Assembly: GCA_002269645.1 (NCBI GenBank)
Contig: NIVC01000197.1
Coordinates: forward strand, 124,001-188,000
Direction of reading: 5' to 3'
DNA from: Macrostomum lignano
Taxonomy: Eukaryota
Length of the DNA stretch: 64,000 bases
The notes under the pieces are model-generated. The model was not told the DNA's origin, searched no databases, and worked only from the letters and a program-made list of their open reading frames with translations. A program made the position numbers and the translations under genes. Below, one piece after another: positions 37,384 to 49,960 of the stretch (the first letter of the stretch is position 1; each line of letters opens with the position of its first letter).

Positions 37384-39982
37384 CAAAGAGGATGTGAACT
37401 TAAGCGCGATTTGGAAGCCGTGAGTCCAGCAACCAAACCGCTGCGAAAATCTCACTATTCAGACCCAAAATAGACAAGAAAAGCGTAATTGATCTTTCTT
37501 CCACTCCGGCCGCTTCCGCATGGGATAAATGGGGAAAAATGGGGATTTCATGTGAACTTAAGGCTCTGAAGTGGAAGCGCTGGCCGATTGAGCCGGTTTC
37601 TCTATCGGATCTCTCTACTGGACCGACAATGAGAATGTGACCGACGAAGTAGGCCGGCAAAGCTGCCTTGAGTCTTTATGCTGAAGAATGTTTTAATGAT
37701 TTCTGTAATTGTATTAAACATTAAAATATCTTTTTAAGTATCTGTATTAGACTTTTTTGAACTGGTTTAATGAAATATTAAAATGCACGATTTTAGTACT
37801 GTATGATACAGTGCATTTGCAAATAATGGGAACCAAAGTGCATGAGCAAATATTATCAAGCAGAAATACATAAGCAAATATTAACAAGCAAAAGTACATG
37901 TAACAGAGCAAGTAGTGGCAAGCAAAAGTTCATTGGTACATGTAGGTATAAGTCTTTCGAATGTTGGAGTGCATCGCAAGGAAAAACTAAAACTTGTCTA
38001 GCCCAGTCTACGATCTGGTAAAAGCACGATTAGTCTTTCTTTTGCACAACTACAGCAGCGATATTTTGTGCATCCCGGAGAAAGGGATTGCAGTTGGGCA
38101 CAATTCTGGAATCGTCAATCAAACACCATACACTGCCATGCCAAACACTGGTAGTGTAGTGCCCGCGATGGAGAGATCCGCCATAGTGGCATATCACTAT
38201 CACAGGACTGCCGAAGTCGGAATTACTCTCAGATCTTGGTGAGTACCGTATTTGGGTGTTGATTTTTTTCGGCGTTATACTTTTCTGGAGTCCTGCTGAA
38301 GTAAATAATTGCAAACTTGGCCGCTGACAGAATAATCTGCTCTCAATCAAGCCTTCGCATCCTAATTGGCCGCACTGCGAAATGCGTAGTCGCTCTTCCA
38401 AAAGATCGTAAAGGCTAATCGGAGCCCTGCTGCACTCTGAGAGAGGAACGCAAAGAATTTGTTCACTGATTGTTTCTGTTTGAATCGAGGCTGCGCTGTA
38501 GCCACAACGTCGACAATTACGGAGCGCCATCTGCAAGGGCGCCATTAGCGACCGAGAGAGTCGAAAGCAGGGCTTCCAAGAACTCCAGAAAGCAGTGCTG
38601 CTCACCAGCAGCAAATCTGCCGGGCAAGATGCGCCTGATAATTTCTTGTACTTCTGCGGGAGAAGTATTTTTAGAGCTAGCACTTGATGAAAAAAGTAGC
38701 TGTAGAGATCTTTGCAAGTCGCTAGCTATGTCCCGTCTCATTAATGGGCCCTTCTGCTCCATCCAGTAAAGAAGCTGAATGGCAGAATTGGCATAGCAGT
38801 CTGCTCCGCTATTTCTTAGTCCACAGAGAGGCTGCGGCTCTGAACTTCTTGATGATGTTTGTTTGGCAGCCCTTGCCCCTGAACGATGCTCTTGACGAGG
38901 CTCTGTTCTAACATTTTCCTCAGCAGGTAGAGAGGTGTAAAGATTAGCGTTGAGGCTTTTAGGAAGCTGTGTATCAACGAAGCGGCGCTCAGGATATCGT
39001 TGGCGAAAGGAATCTGGGTCGTAGGCATAATGACCTAGGACCAAAAGAACTGTCATTACATGGCAGTCACAGCCAGCTGTTCGGCTACCCACTTTGGACG
39101 AGGAGTAGTAGGCATGTAGCCTCCTTAGACCGGCATCGTGGAATCCAAAAGGGTTTCCATTCGGTAAATCGCTGAGGCGAAGAAGGACTCGATATGTTCG
39201 AGATGTGTGCCTCGAAAACACAACGGACATAAATATCCACGACGGTTGCCAGTTGCCGAATTTCTTTTGCCAGTTCCTTGCCTGCTGTTCTTGCCGGAAT
39301 TTCCAGCAGCGCATCGATTGAGGCAGCTGCGATGCAAGGTCTTCAAGCTCTAACCACGTATCACCGTCGAAATACTCAAGCGTGTGTTGCACCTGGATGT
39401 TCTGGATATAGCTTTCAGACTGCTGTACATGAAATGGTCCCACACTTACTTCCTGAAGGTTTTCTATCTCAATTCGAGGAAAGCCTGTGGACTCTGGATC
39501 TAGCACATCGACTGGTGACCAGCGCCTCGACCCTTCGATAGGAATTCGGGTCACGTCACACAGGTAGTTCACACCTTCAATCGAATCGAATTCGTTGCTG
39601 AGAAACATGCGCCTGTTAAAATTCTGACCAAACTCAAAAAGTGAGCTGTCATTCCATGACTTTGGCAGCGTTTTATTCAGTGGGAATCCAATGTGCGAGC
39701 GGTTGCATTTGGCAATACAGTTGTCGATAATGACATCCAGCCGACTCGACAGAAAAGCGGAAAAGCGTAGCCAGCCTATCGGCCAGCGCTTCCATTTCAG
39801 AGCCTTAAGTTCACATGAAATCCCCATTTTTCCCCATTTATCCCATGCGGAAGCGGCCGGAGTGGAAGAAAGATCAATTACGCTTTTCTTGTCTATTTTG
39901 GGTCTGAATAGTGAGATTTTCGCAGCGGTTTGGTTGCTGGACTCACGGCTTCCAAATCGCGCTTAAGTTCACATCCTCTTTG
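37384..39982. mobile_element. 2.6-kb unit bounded by near-identical 205-bp inverted repeats, carrying transposase and USP coding sequence
   Basis: 37384-37588 is the reverse complement of 39778-39982 (one mismatch noticed); no TSD evident. Confidence 0.8.
38030..39827 (-). CDS. Fusion of a PHIS/ISL2EU-like transposase C-terminal region (SWIM-like) with a ubiquitin-specific protease (peptidase C19) domain; one frame change near 38520-38570
   Basis: Transposase-family motifs FPRIEIENLQEVSVGPFHVQQSESY, SRHTSRTY and YYSSSKVGSRTAGCDCHVMTVLLVLG are in frame with the USP Cys box GLRNSGADCYANSAIQLL and EQHCFLEFLEALL. The next frame holds CRRC..C..C fingers, the His box VICHYGGSLHRGHYT and WCLIDDSRI. 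Confidence 0.75.
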
Positions 39983-41572
39983 GTACACCTTGTACTTTTG
40001 ATGATGCAGAATGTGAATTGCCTGTAGTTGCTAATCCAAGTTCAAACCAGCATACCAAATCTACCTAAATACCTAAAGGTAGATTTGTGAAAACATACTA
40101 TTTTAGATTCTAAGTTTACAAGAGTGGACAATTGCGACAGCCAAAAGCATTCTCACAGTCCTCGTGTTGCTAGCCTATAGAAGGGAGCTGGCTGCGGAGC
40201 TCCAACTAAAAAAGTTGCACTTTTGCTTGAGTATCAGAGTCTATCAGGCTGGCAATACAATGGTTATAGCTGATTAAGAGGTAGAATAGAGTGAGGTACG
40301 CGTGTATAGAGAGCAACTGCCAGCCAAAGAGTGACTACAAATAACAGACACAAGCTTTCAAAGACTCTTCAGACGAAGACCCGCTTATTTAATTTAAGGC
40401 TACGTCCAATGTTGTACGAGCCTAGCATCTCCAACTGCCATGCAATAATGAATGCTAGTATAAAGATATTCCCTCGAAATTATACATATCTTTCCAGCTA
40501 GTGGTGCAACGTTGGGCGAGTCATGATCTCATTCAAGCTGTTTAGCTCAGTGGGTGGGGTATGAAGTTCTGTCCGTTGATTTGAGCACAGCAAGTCACAC
40601 TAGTGTGTACACTGCCCTGCCATCCGCTCAGCCCTTCACATAGCGGACAATGCCTGCTCAATATGTAGCTCTGAGTAGCGGAAAACCTCCGCAATAAAAA
40701 CCTATAGCTAGCTGCAGCCGCCTGCCGGTTGCCATGGTTGCAAAAGCTGTTAAAACCTGGGAGGCTTCTCTACACCCCTGCCCCCTCCGTGTGAGCTGCG
40801 CTACGGAGCAAGCCCTTTCATAGAGAATGCTTCAGAGTCTTGCTTTTCTGCTGCGGCTATAATATTCTCTCTGTACCTGTGTCTCTCACAAGCTCACGCA
40901 GAGAATCGTTGAGTCCTGGCTTAGTTGAGTGATTTGAATGCCTTCAACCAGACCAGACCTTCAGATGTGCGCCGTGTACTGTATACTTACACTTCACCAC
41001 TAATCTAATCAGAACTAATTTATGACTGGAGATTGAAGTCCTTAATTCTGCATAAATATATGATTTTCTATCCATGAAGCCATTCATGTTTCAGTGTGGG
41101 GGCGGCTCGTGTGCAGGGTCTACGATATTTGCCATTATTATACCTAATCTAGACCATGACAGATTGCCTATTCAAAATGATTTATTTGCTTGATTTTTTC
41201 TTATTGATCGGTTGGAAAACTTCTCAGATCGGCTATACCAGTCAGTCTCGAGCATGAAAAACATAAAATTTCCGTTTTTAATCTGCAGTGACCTGATCTG
41301 CTGGGAGAGGGCAAATTGGCCTGCGTATTCTGCTTGTGCAATTCAATGTGCATGCGATGGTTACCATGCATGACGTTCACTGCCTTAAGTAATTAGTTGA
41401 TGTGAAATTCAGGTCTACGTGAGAGCGCACCGATATCAAATCTCGCATAAGCTGTTATTTATGATTTGGAAACATTTTTCGTCTTACTTCATAATCTTCT
41501 CTTGAAAATCGGTGACACTTACTCTCAGTAGCATACTTGGTACTAGTAGGAAGTGAGTTTTTTATGAGTTAA

Positions 41573-43944
41573 CAGTAGAAAGACCATGGGGTGTATTTCA
41601 AATACACACATTTTTCCTTTGTTTGTATCTCCAAAAATATTCTACCAATTGCCATGAAAATCCAGAACAAGGGCTAAAATTTTCCACTCTATTCGATGAA
41701 GCAACTTCGAGAATCACAAAAAAATCGACATCGTCGAGATATTCAACGATTCTCCTCGGGGTGTCTGGTGGCAAAAACCACCAACATTGGCAAAAATTTT
41801 CTGCTCACAAAATCTCATCATGAAACCACGTCGGCTCAACAAACTATGCACATCAGTCGCAGGGACTTTTGCTCTCAGCATCCCAGGCCCTAGGGTCCCC
41901 TTCATCTCCGTCTGGAGCATCGGCGGCGACCATCGGGACCTTCAACAAAAGCACCTGATCGGCATCTCAGAGACGGCTGCGTTCCCAAAACTGAAGTGGA
42001 AGAATCCTCTTCTGCATGCAGCATTCAGTCAGTAGACATAATCGGTGAATGAAATGGACGATGGCGACCCTCTAGGCTGACCTGTAGACATACAGGCGAC
42101 CTTCGGGACCTTCAACAGAGTGCCACCACGCGGCCCCGACGAGCTGACACCGCCAACATCGTGATTTTTCTATCAAGGCACCAAACAAGGCATGTCTGCA
42201 TATGATACAATGGTCCTGCACCATGTTAAAGTGGAGAGCTACATATTTAACTGGCGACTGAAAAATATAACATATTTAATTTATCAAAAATGATATTACA
42301 GTATTTCAAAAGTGATATTACAGCAAATTCAGAGCAGAAGGATCTGAACAGGCAGTAGGACACACACGTGAGCTCCTCAAAAAACCGGAACTCGCTCGTG
42401 TGTGAAGCCATGTTTTGAGTTGAATTCTTGAGATCTGCTGGCAGGCCACGACGAGTGCGAATCACTATTCCAAAAAAACTTGAATCCCATTTCTCGGTAC
42501 AAGTGATTGGCCAGCGCAGGACTCGAGAAGAATCTGTCACATGTGATGCTGTACCAGTGTCCTCTGAATGGATCAGCCAAGCGGGAAACAACTTGCCTAC
42601 CACTCCACACCTCTGAGCCCTTGGCCAGCCGAGAATCGGATTCCTGTGATGCAAAAGTAGTGGACAGCAGTGTCCTTTGCCAGTGCAGATTTCCGCATCG
42701 AACACATAGCGGAGGTCCATGTCATCCTGAATCTCTGGATTCCCAGCCGATGTCAGCAGGAACAGCTTGGCACCATTGCGACCGTTGGGGGTCCAATCCC
42801 GGAGCCCGCGGCAGTTTTCGAGAACTGCACAGCGGTGTTGAACTTTCTTGGGAAGGCGGGCGCCATCTGACGCCCGGTGCCATGGGCCCTGGCCCGAGCG
42901 CGCCCGAATGGAAGAAGACCGGGCTTCTCCTTCAGAAAGACCATGAAGTCACAGTTCACACCCCAAGAAGACAACCAGAGTTTCTTCGACGCAGAGGTAC
43001 GGCCCGGAAAGGACAGGATGGCGCAGCTGACTGACAAAGGTGCCCCACAGGCGTCGGATGCCGTAGAGCTTGTCCGTTGTGGCAGCCCGCTGACGATGTT
43101 CGGCAGTTTCGAATTTAACATGGTGCAAAAGCATTGTATAATACGCAGACATGCCTTGTTTGGTGCCTTGATAGAAAAATCACGATGTTGGCGGTGTCAG
43201 CTCGTCAGGGCTGCGTGGTGGCACTCCGTTGAAGGTCCCGAAGGTCGTCCAGACAGAGCTGAATGCTGAACATGGTGCAGGACCATTGTATCATATGCAG
43301 ACATGCCTTGTTTGGTGCCTTGATAGAAAAAGCACGATGTTGGCGGTGTCAGCTCATCGGGGCCGCGTGGTGGCACTCTGTTGAAGGTCCCGAAGGTCGC
43401 CTGTATGTCTACAGGTCAGCCTAGAGGGTCTCCATCGTCCATTTCATTCACTGATTGTGTCTACTGACTGAATGCTGCATGCAGAAGAGGATTCTTCCAC
43501 TTCAGTTTTGGGAACGCAGCCGTCTCTGAGATGCCGATCGGGTGCTTTTGTTGAAGGTCCCGATGGTCGCCGCCGATACTCCAGACGGTGATGAAGGGGA
43601 CCCTGGTGCCTGGGATGCTGAGAACAAAGGCCTTTACGACAGATGGACCCAAATTATTGAGCCAATATGGATTCACCATAAAGGTTTATACAGTGTAGTG
43701 TTGGTTGTCCTTGCCACCAGTGTCTTCGACAAGAATAGTTGAATATCTCGACGATGCTGACGTCGGATGACTTTGAAAGTTAGTTCGTCAGAAAGGGCGG
43801 AAAATTTTGATCCATATGGTGGACTTTTACGAAAATCGGTAATTCGGTTTGCGACCTATCGTGAAATGGGTTGAGTGTATTTGTACGAGTAATACACCCC
43901 CGTGGTCTTTCCCCGTGGGGAAAAATAGCGTGGTCTTTCTACTG
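41573..43944 (-). mobile_element. piggyBac relic (2372 bp) with TTAA TSD and long internal inverted arms
   Basis: TTAA at 41569-41572 and 43945-43948; 14-bp TIR cagtagaaagacca / tggtctttctactg. Transposase fragments DKLYGIRRLW...LCVEETLVVF, KEKPG, ITCDRFFSSPALANHL and RTRRGLPADLK are in broken frames. Confidence 0.9.
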
Positions 43945-45402
43945 TTAATCTAATCAGATTATATATTGTATAGATTCCAGAAGTAAAAACTATGCTAACG
44001 AGAACAACAAAATTTAAGGCCGTTACCACTAGTAGCTCCGTGGGTCCAGGATTGCTCAAATCAATTTTAAAATTGGTCTGAACCAACCTGCACATTGATT
44101 TGAGCAATCTTGGACACGCGGAGGTTACTAGACTATCGACAACCAGGGGTCACGTCACGAGAGCCAGACACTTTTACCTCTGAGCTGCACTGCAAATGGG
44201 GAACAGTGCCTGCGGCGCTAAAATGACTGCCTGCGGCTTCAAAATGATCGATGACAACACCGATTCGGAAATAATGTGATGTACACGTAGGGATTTAATA
44301 ATGTACATGTAGGTGTAGAATTCTCGGCTTTGCCCCCCCACCAAAAAATCCATGGCCCTGCCATCAATAAATTAATGCTTGGACCGTGGAGAATGAAAAT
44401 TGAAAGTGTAGCGTCCACTCCAGGTGGTATTTTAGAGTTCCATGATTTCAGTTAATCGGTACTTCTCTGAAAGTAAATCGACTGCGAAACGGTGACACCA
44501 TATGCCATTTGTGTCCCATCAAATAACAATGCAATATATTTCTAGGATTGCAAAGCAAGCAAGGTGTTCTGTAAAAATGTTGCTTTAAAAAGCATTAGGC
44601 GAATGCGATATAATTAATTGTAGATAAATATGCCCTTAAACTCGCGCAAGGAATATACGTACTTCTATTAAAATGAATCAAGTTTGTATTTAGTATAACG
44701 CCTTTACTATTTGATTTACTGCGAGTAAAACAAAACGAGAAAAAATCCATTTAAAGCAGACAAAGCGAACATTCGTAGTTCTGAGTTTATATGTACAGTA
44801 AAACGGTTCTAGTCTGCCTGCACAGCATAATAATAAATATACACGAAACATAAGCGTTGTCAGTGTGCCAGTAAATAAAGTTATTAATATTATACATGTA
44901 GCTCTGGGCTAATTCAATCATCTATACATTAAGTCGGTGGGAAAACGCGAACGAGGCAAGCGATTCAAATTACTAAGCGGATGTCAGGGCAGGTTAACAC
45001 GAGTTTAAACCTGCTTAAAGAGAACAGATGATCTGCTATCAATATTGTGGATAAAGGTACATCATACATGGTTGCAAAGCCTACATTTAACTACAGTGTG
45101 CTGGAACACTGTTAGGAAGGTCACCCAACTCCAAGATCGTCATGATAATCCCCAAGTGACCTTTTTTACAACGTGGATAACAAACAATGACAAATAATTG
45201 GGTTTAGGAAAAAGCTGGTGGGACAGAGGAACCTGGCTACACAAAATAGCAGCAGTTTTGCCTTCATTATTACACCTTGCTAACAATGCCACGTTAAACA
45301 GCAACTCGACAAACTAGATAGAGCATTGGTCCTGCTTCGGTCAATGTGTCAAATACTTCCGATTCGTAGTGGATCGCCGCATTCAAGTCTGGGGTAAAAC
45401 TT

Positions 45403-48400
45403 CTACGCCATTTGCGGCTGCATTTTGTATTGCACTCCGCTATGCGGGATGTCCTCATCCTGCTGCCGCTTGTGGTAGAAGATCAGCAGCGCGCCCAGGA
45501 GCAGCAGGATCTGGGGGAGTGACAGCACAGAGAGCAACATGTACTTTTTAATCAACGCTCTTTTTCCCTGACGCATCTCACCCACACAATCAATTGACGA
45601 GAAATCAAAAACCTCACTGAAGCACCTCAACTGCAGTGCCTCACTGAAGCACCTCAACTGCAGTACCTCACTGAAGCACCTCACTGCAGTGCCTCACTGA
45701 AACACCTCACTGCAGTGCCTCACTGAAACACCTCACTGCAGTACCTCACTGAAGCACCTCAACTGCAGTACCTCACTGAAACACCTCACTGCAGTACCTC
45801 ACTGAAGCACCTCAACTGCAGTGCCTCACTGAAGCACCTCAACTGCAGTACCTCACTGAAACACCTCACTGCAATACCTCACTGAAACACCTCACTGCAG
45901 TACCTCACTGAAGCACCTCAACTGCAGTACCTCACTGAAACACCTCACTGCAGTACCTCACTGAAGCACCTCAACTGCAGTGCCTCACTGAAGCACCTCA
46001 ACTGCAGTACCTCACTGAAACACCTCACTGCAATACCTCACTGAAACACCTCACTGCAGTACCTCACTGAAGCACCTCAACTGCAGTACCTCACTGAAAC
46101 ACCTCACTGCAATACCTCACTGAAGCACCTCACTGCAGTACCTCACTGAAACACCTCAACTGCAGTGCCTCACTGAAACACCTCAACTGCAGTACCTCAC
46201 TGAAGCACCTCAACTGCAGTACCTCACTGAAACACCTCAACTGCAGTGCCTCACTGAAGCACCTCAACTGCAGTACCTCACTGAAGCACCTCAACTGCAG
46301 TACCTCACTGAAACACCTCAACTGCAGTGCCTCACTGAAGCACCTCAACTGCAGTGCCTCACTGAAACACCTCAACTGCAGTGCCTCACTGAAGCACCTC
46401 ACTGCAGTGCCTCACTGAAACACCTCAACTGCAGTGCCTCACTGAAGCACCTCAACTGCAGTGCCTCACTGAAACACCTCAACTGCAGTGCCTCACTGAA
46501 GCACCTCACTGCAGTGCCTCACTGAAACACCTCAACTGCAGTGCCTCACTGAAGCACCTCACTGCAGTACCTCACTGAAACACCTCAACTGCAGTGCCTC
46601 ACTGAAGCACCTCAACTGCAGTGCCTCACTGAAACACCTCACTGCAGTGCCTCACTGAAACACCTCAACTGCAGTACCTCACTGAAACACCTCAAACTGC
46701 AGTGCCTCACTGAAGCACCTCACTGCAGTACCTCACTGAAACACCTCAACTGCAGTGCCTCACTGAAGCACCTCAACTGCAGTGCCTCACTGAAGCACCT
46801 CACTGCAGTACCTCACTGAAACACCTCAACTGCAGTGCCTCACTGAAGCACCTCAACTGCAGTGCCTCACTGAAACACCTCACTGCAGTGCCTCACTGAA
46901 ACACCTCAACTGCAGTACCTCACTGAAACACCTCAACTGCAGTGCCTCACTGAAGCACCTCACTGCAGTACCTCACTGAAACACCTCAACTGCAGTGCCT
47001 CACTGAAACACCTCAACTGCAGTGCCTCACTGAAACACCTCACTGCAGTGCCTCACTGAAACACCTCAACTGCAGTACCTCACTGAAGCACCTCAACTGC
47101 AGTGCCTCACTGAAACACCTCACTGCAGTACCTCACTGAAGCACCTCAACTGCAGTACCTCACTGAAGCACCTCAACTGCAGTGCCTCACTGAAACACCT
47201 CACTGCAGTACCTCACTGAAGCACCTCAACTGCAGTACCTCACTGAAGCACCTCAACTGCAGTGCCTCACTGAAACACCTCAACTGCAGTACCTCACTGA
47301 AGCACCTCAACTGCAGTACCTCACTGAAGCACCTCAACTGCAGTGCCTCACTGAAACACCTCACTGCAGTACCTCACTGAAGCACCTCAACTGCAGTACC
47401 TCACTGAAGCACCTCAACTGCAGTACCTCACTGAAACACCTCACTGCAGTGCCTCACTGAAACACCTCACTGCAGTGCCTCACTGAAACACCTCACTGCA
47501 GTACCTCACTGAAGCACCTCAACTGCAGTACCTCACTGAAGCACCTCAACTGCAGTACCTCACTGAAGCACCTCAACTGCAGTACCTCACTGAAGCACCT
47601 CAACTGCAGTACCTCACTGAAACACCTCACTGCAGTGCCTCACTGAAGCACCTCACTGTAGTGCCTCACTGAAACACCTCACTGCAGTACCTCACTGAAA
47701 CACCTCACTGCAGTACCTCACTGAAACACCTCAACTGCAGTACCTCACTGAAGCACCTCAAAGGCATCCAACGCACCCCAAAGATTCTCACAGATAAACA
47801 GGTATTCAAAATGAGCGAAACTCACCTCTACTCCAAGCCACCCGGCAACGCCAAAGAACAAGCGATCGAAACCAGATTTCAGATAGTTGTCGAATACACT
47901 GGCAAACTTTTCGTAGCAGCCGTTTTGGCGGTTGCTGTACGGGTCGCTTAAGTTGGCGTAGGCGCACTTGAAGTCCTGCCTTTCCAAATAGTAGTTGCAG
48001 CAGGAAAACGGATAGCTGGCGTCTGAAATAGAAAATTAATCAAGCATTCCGCGTTACCAATGCGAAATCCGTTGCTTATAGTCTCTGAATTTTAAATTTT
48101 CTAATACTGAATCCAGTCCGCAACTCACTGTAGTAGGAAAATTTAGTTTTGTTGTTGCTCCTGTACCCGATCGTTCTGTTCCAGTTGGTTGCCATGGTGT
48201 AAAAGTCGTTGCCATTATTTACGCCGCAGCAGCCGCCGACGACCTGAACAACGTCAAGCTGCATCGAGCCGACGTCCCGATTCTGCGAGCCCTTGTAGTT
48301 TTTCACTTGCTCCTCAAGCCAGTTGCGGCTGCAGTCCTTCATCTGGGGTTGGGGAGCGCGCCATCCCGATAGTATGCACTCTAGTAGGTACGATCGCATA

Positions 48401-49960
48401 TCAGGGGTCGGCAAACTCCCGCCCACGAAAACTCTCTATCCGGCCCTCGGGTTCTTTGAAACTCCTCTCAGCTCTTTTCTCTTTTCTCACCTCTACTCTC
48501 TTTTTTCTCTTCTCTCCCCTCCTCTCTCCTCTCCCCTCCTCTCTCCTTTCCCCTCCTCTCTCCTCTCTCCCCTTCTCTCCCCTCCTCTCTCCTCTTCCCT
48601 CCTTTCTCCTTCTTTCCCCTCCTCTCTTCTCCCCTTCTCTCCCCTCCTCTCTCCCCTCCCCTCCTCTCTCCTCTCCCCTCCTCTCCTCTCCTCTCTCCTC
48701 TTCCCTCCACTCTCCTCTCTCCCCTCCTCTCTCCCCTCCCCTCCTCTCTCCTCTCCTCTCCTCTCTCCTCTCTCCCCTTCTCTCCCCTCCTCTCTCCTCT
48801 TCCCTCCTCTCTCCTTCTTTCCCCTCCTCTCTTCTCCCCTTCTCTCCCTCCTCTCTCCCCTCCCTCTCCTCTCTCCTCTCCCCTCCTCTCCCCTCCTCTC
48901 TCCTCTCCCCTCCTCTCTCCTCTCCCCTCCTCTCTCCTCTTCCCTCCACTCTCCTCTCTCCCCTCCTCTCTCCCCTCCCCTCCTCTCTCCACTCCCCTCC
49001 TCTCTCCTTTCCCCTCCTCTCTCCTCTCTCCCCTTCTCTCCCCTCCTCTCTCCTCTTCCCTCCTCTCTCCTTCTTTCCCCTCCTCTCTTCTCCCCTTCTC
49101 TCCCCTCCTCTCTCCTCTTCCCTCCACTCTCCTCTGCTCTTCTCTCCCCTCCTCTCTCCTACAAAAGTTTATAAAACGTTTGCCGACCCCTGATGCATAT
49201 GCACGATAAGCTATACGTTCACGTCAATGCACATTTTTATCACAGGAAGAAGCACTTACCACATCGCTGTTTGTGAACCAGAAGATCACGAGGCCGGCCT
49301 GGCTCAGCAGAACAAGCGCGACCAACACAGAGTACTAAAATAGGCAGAAAGCACTACTAAATTCACAGTGGAAATTCAATGCGTGTTTTCTAATTTCATT
49401 TAGTTTTGCACGATACTACTGACAGCTTCATCAGTAGATGCTAGTGAATTTTGCAATTAAATTATTTGTTAGATTCGGTATGGACTTTTTGAATTCGGTG
49501 TAAAATTCTTACAATGATGAGGCAGGAAGGAACGCCCCAGCAAGCGCCGCAGCATCCCAGACAGCTCATGACGATAATCAGGACGCCAAGAATTATAAAC
49601 ACGATAGCGCTAATCATGGTATTTGACGCCATAGCCTGGTGCAGGCTCTCAACGTCAACGGAGGTTTCGATGTTGTCAGTAGTGGTTAACATCGAGCTAA
49701 CGTGCTGGTCGAAAGCTGAACGCACCACCCAGTAGGCCCACAACGTTAAACAGCCCGTGGCCAGGAGTGCCAGGCCCAGAATCTGGAAAGAAGAGTGAGT
49801 ACATTGCATCCAACTAGCAGGTAAACCGATTGCATAGTTCAAGGTTTGGAATAATTTTGAATGCTTTCTCATCAGCTCAGCTTACCGCTGTCAGCACGTT
49901 GACAAAAGAGATGAAGCAGCAGCAGCACCATCGGCAGCAGGTCAAGCAGCCGGACCCCAT
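45403..49960 (-). CDS. Tetraspanin (copy 2), 6 exons: 49960-49886, 49782-49513, 49334-49260, 48342-48129, 48022-47826, 45510-45403
   Basis: MGSGCLTCCRWCCCC N-terminus, CLGCCGAC, EC2 GGCCGVNNG, YPFSCC, NGCYE; same intron phases as copy 1. Confidence 0.92.
45613..47762. repeat. 26/27-bp satellite (~80 copies) in tetraspanin 2 last intron
   Basis: Unit cctcactgaa(g/a)cacctc(a)actgcagt(a/g). Confidence 0.97.
48402..49192. mobile_element. Non-autonomous hAT element filled with a CT-rich low-complexity tract, in tetraspanin 2 intron 3
   Basis: 15-bp TIR caggggtcggcaaac / gtttgccgacccctg; flanks tcgcatat / atgcatat (6/8 match, decayed TSD); CT tract ~48465-49160. Confidence 0.8.

Noticed and set aside
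48189-49193. Pro/Ser/Leu-rich and Glu/Arg/Gly-rich ORFs
   Set aside because: Low-complexity CT tract inside an intronic hAT element.
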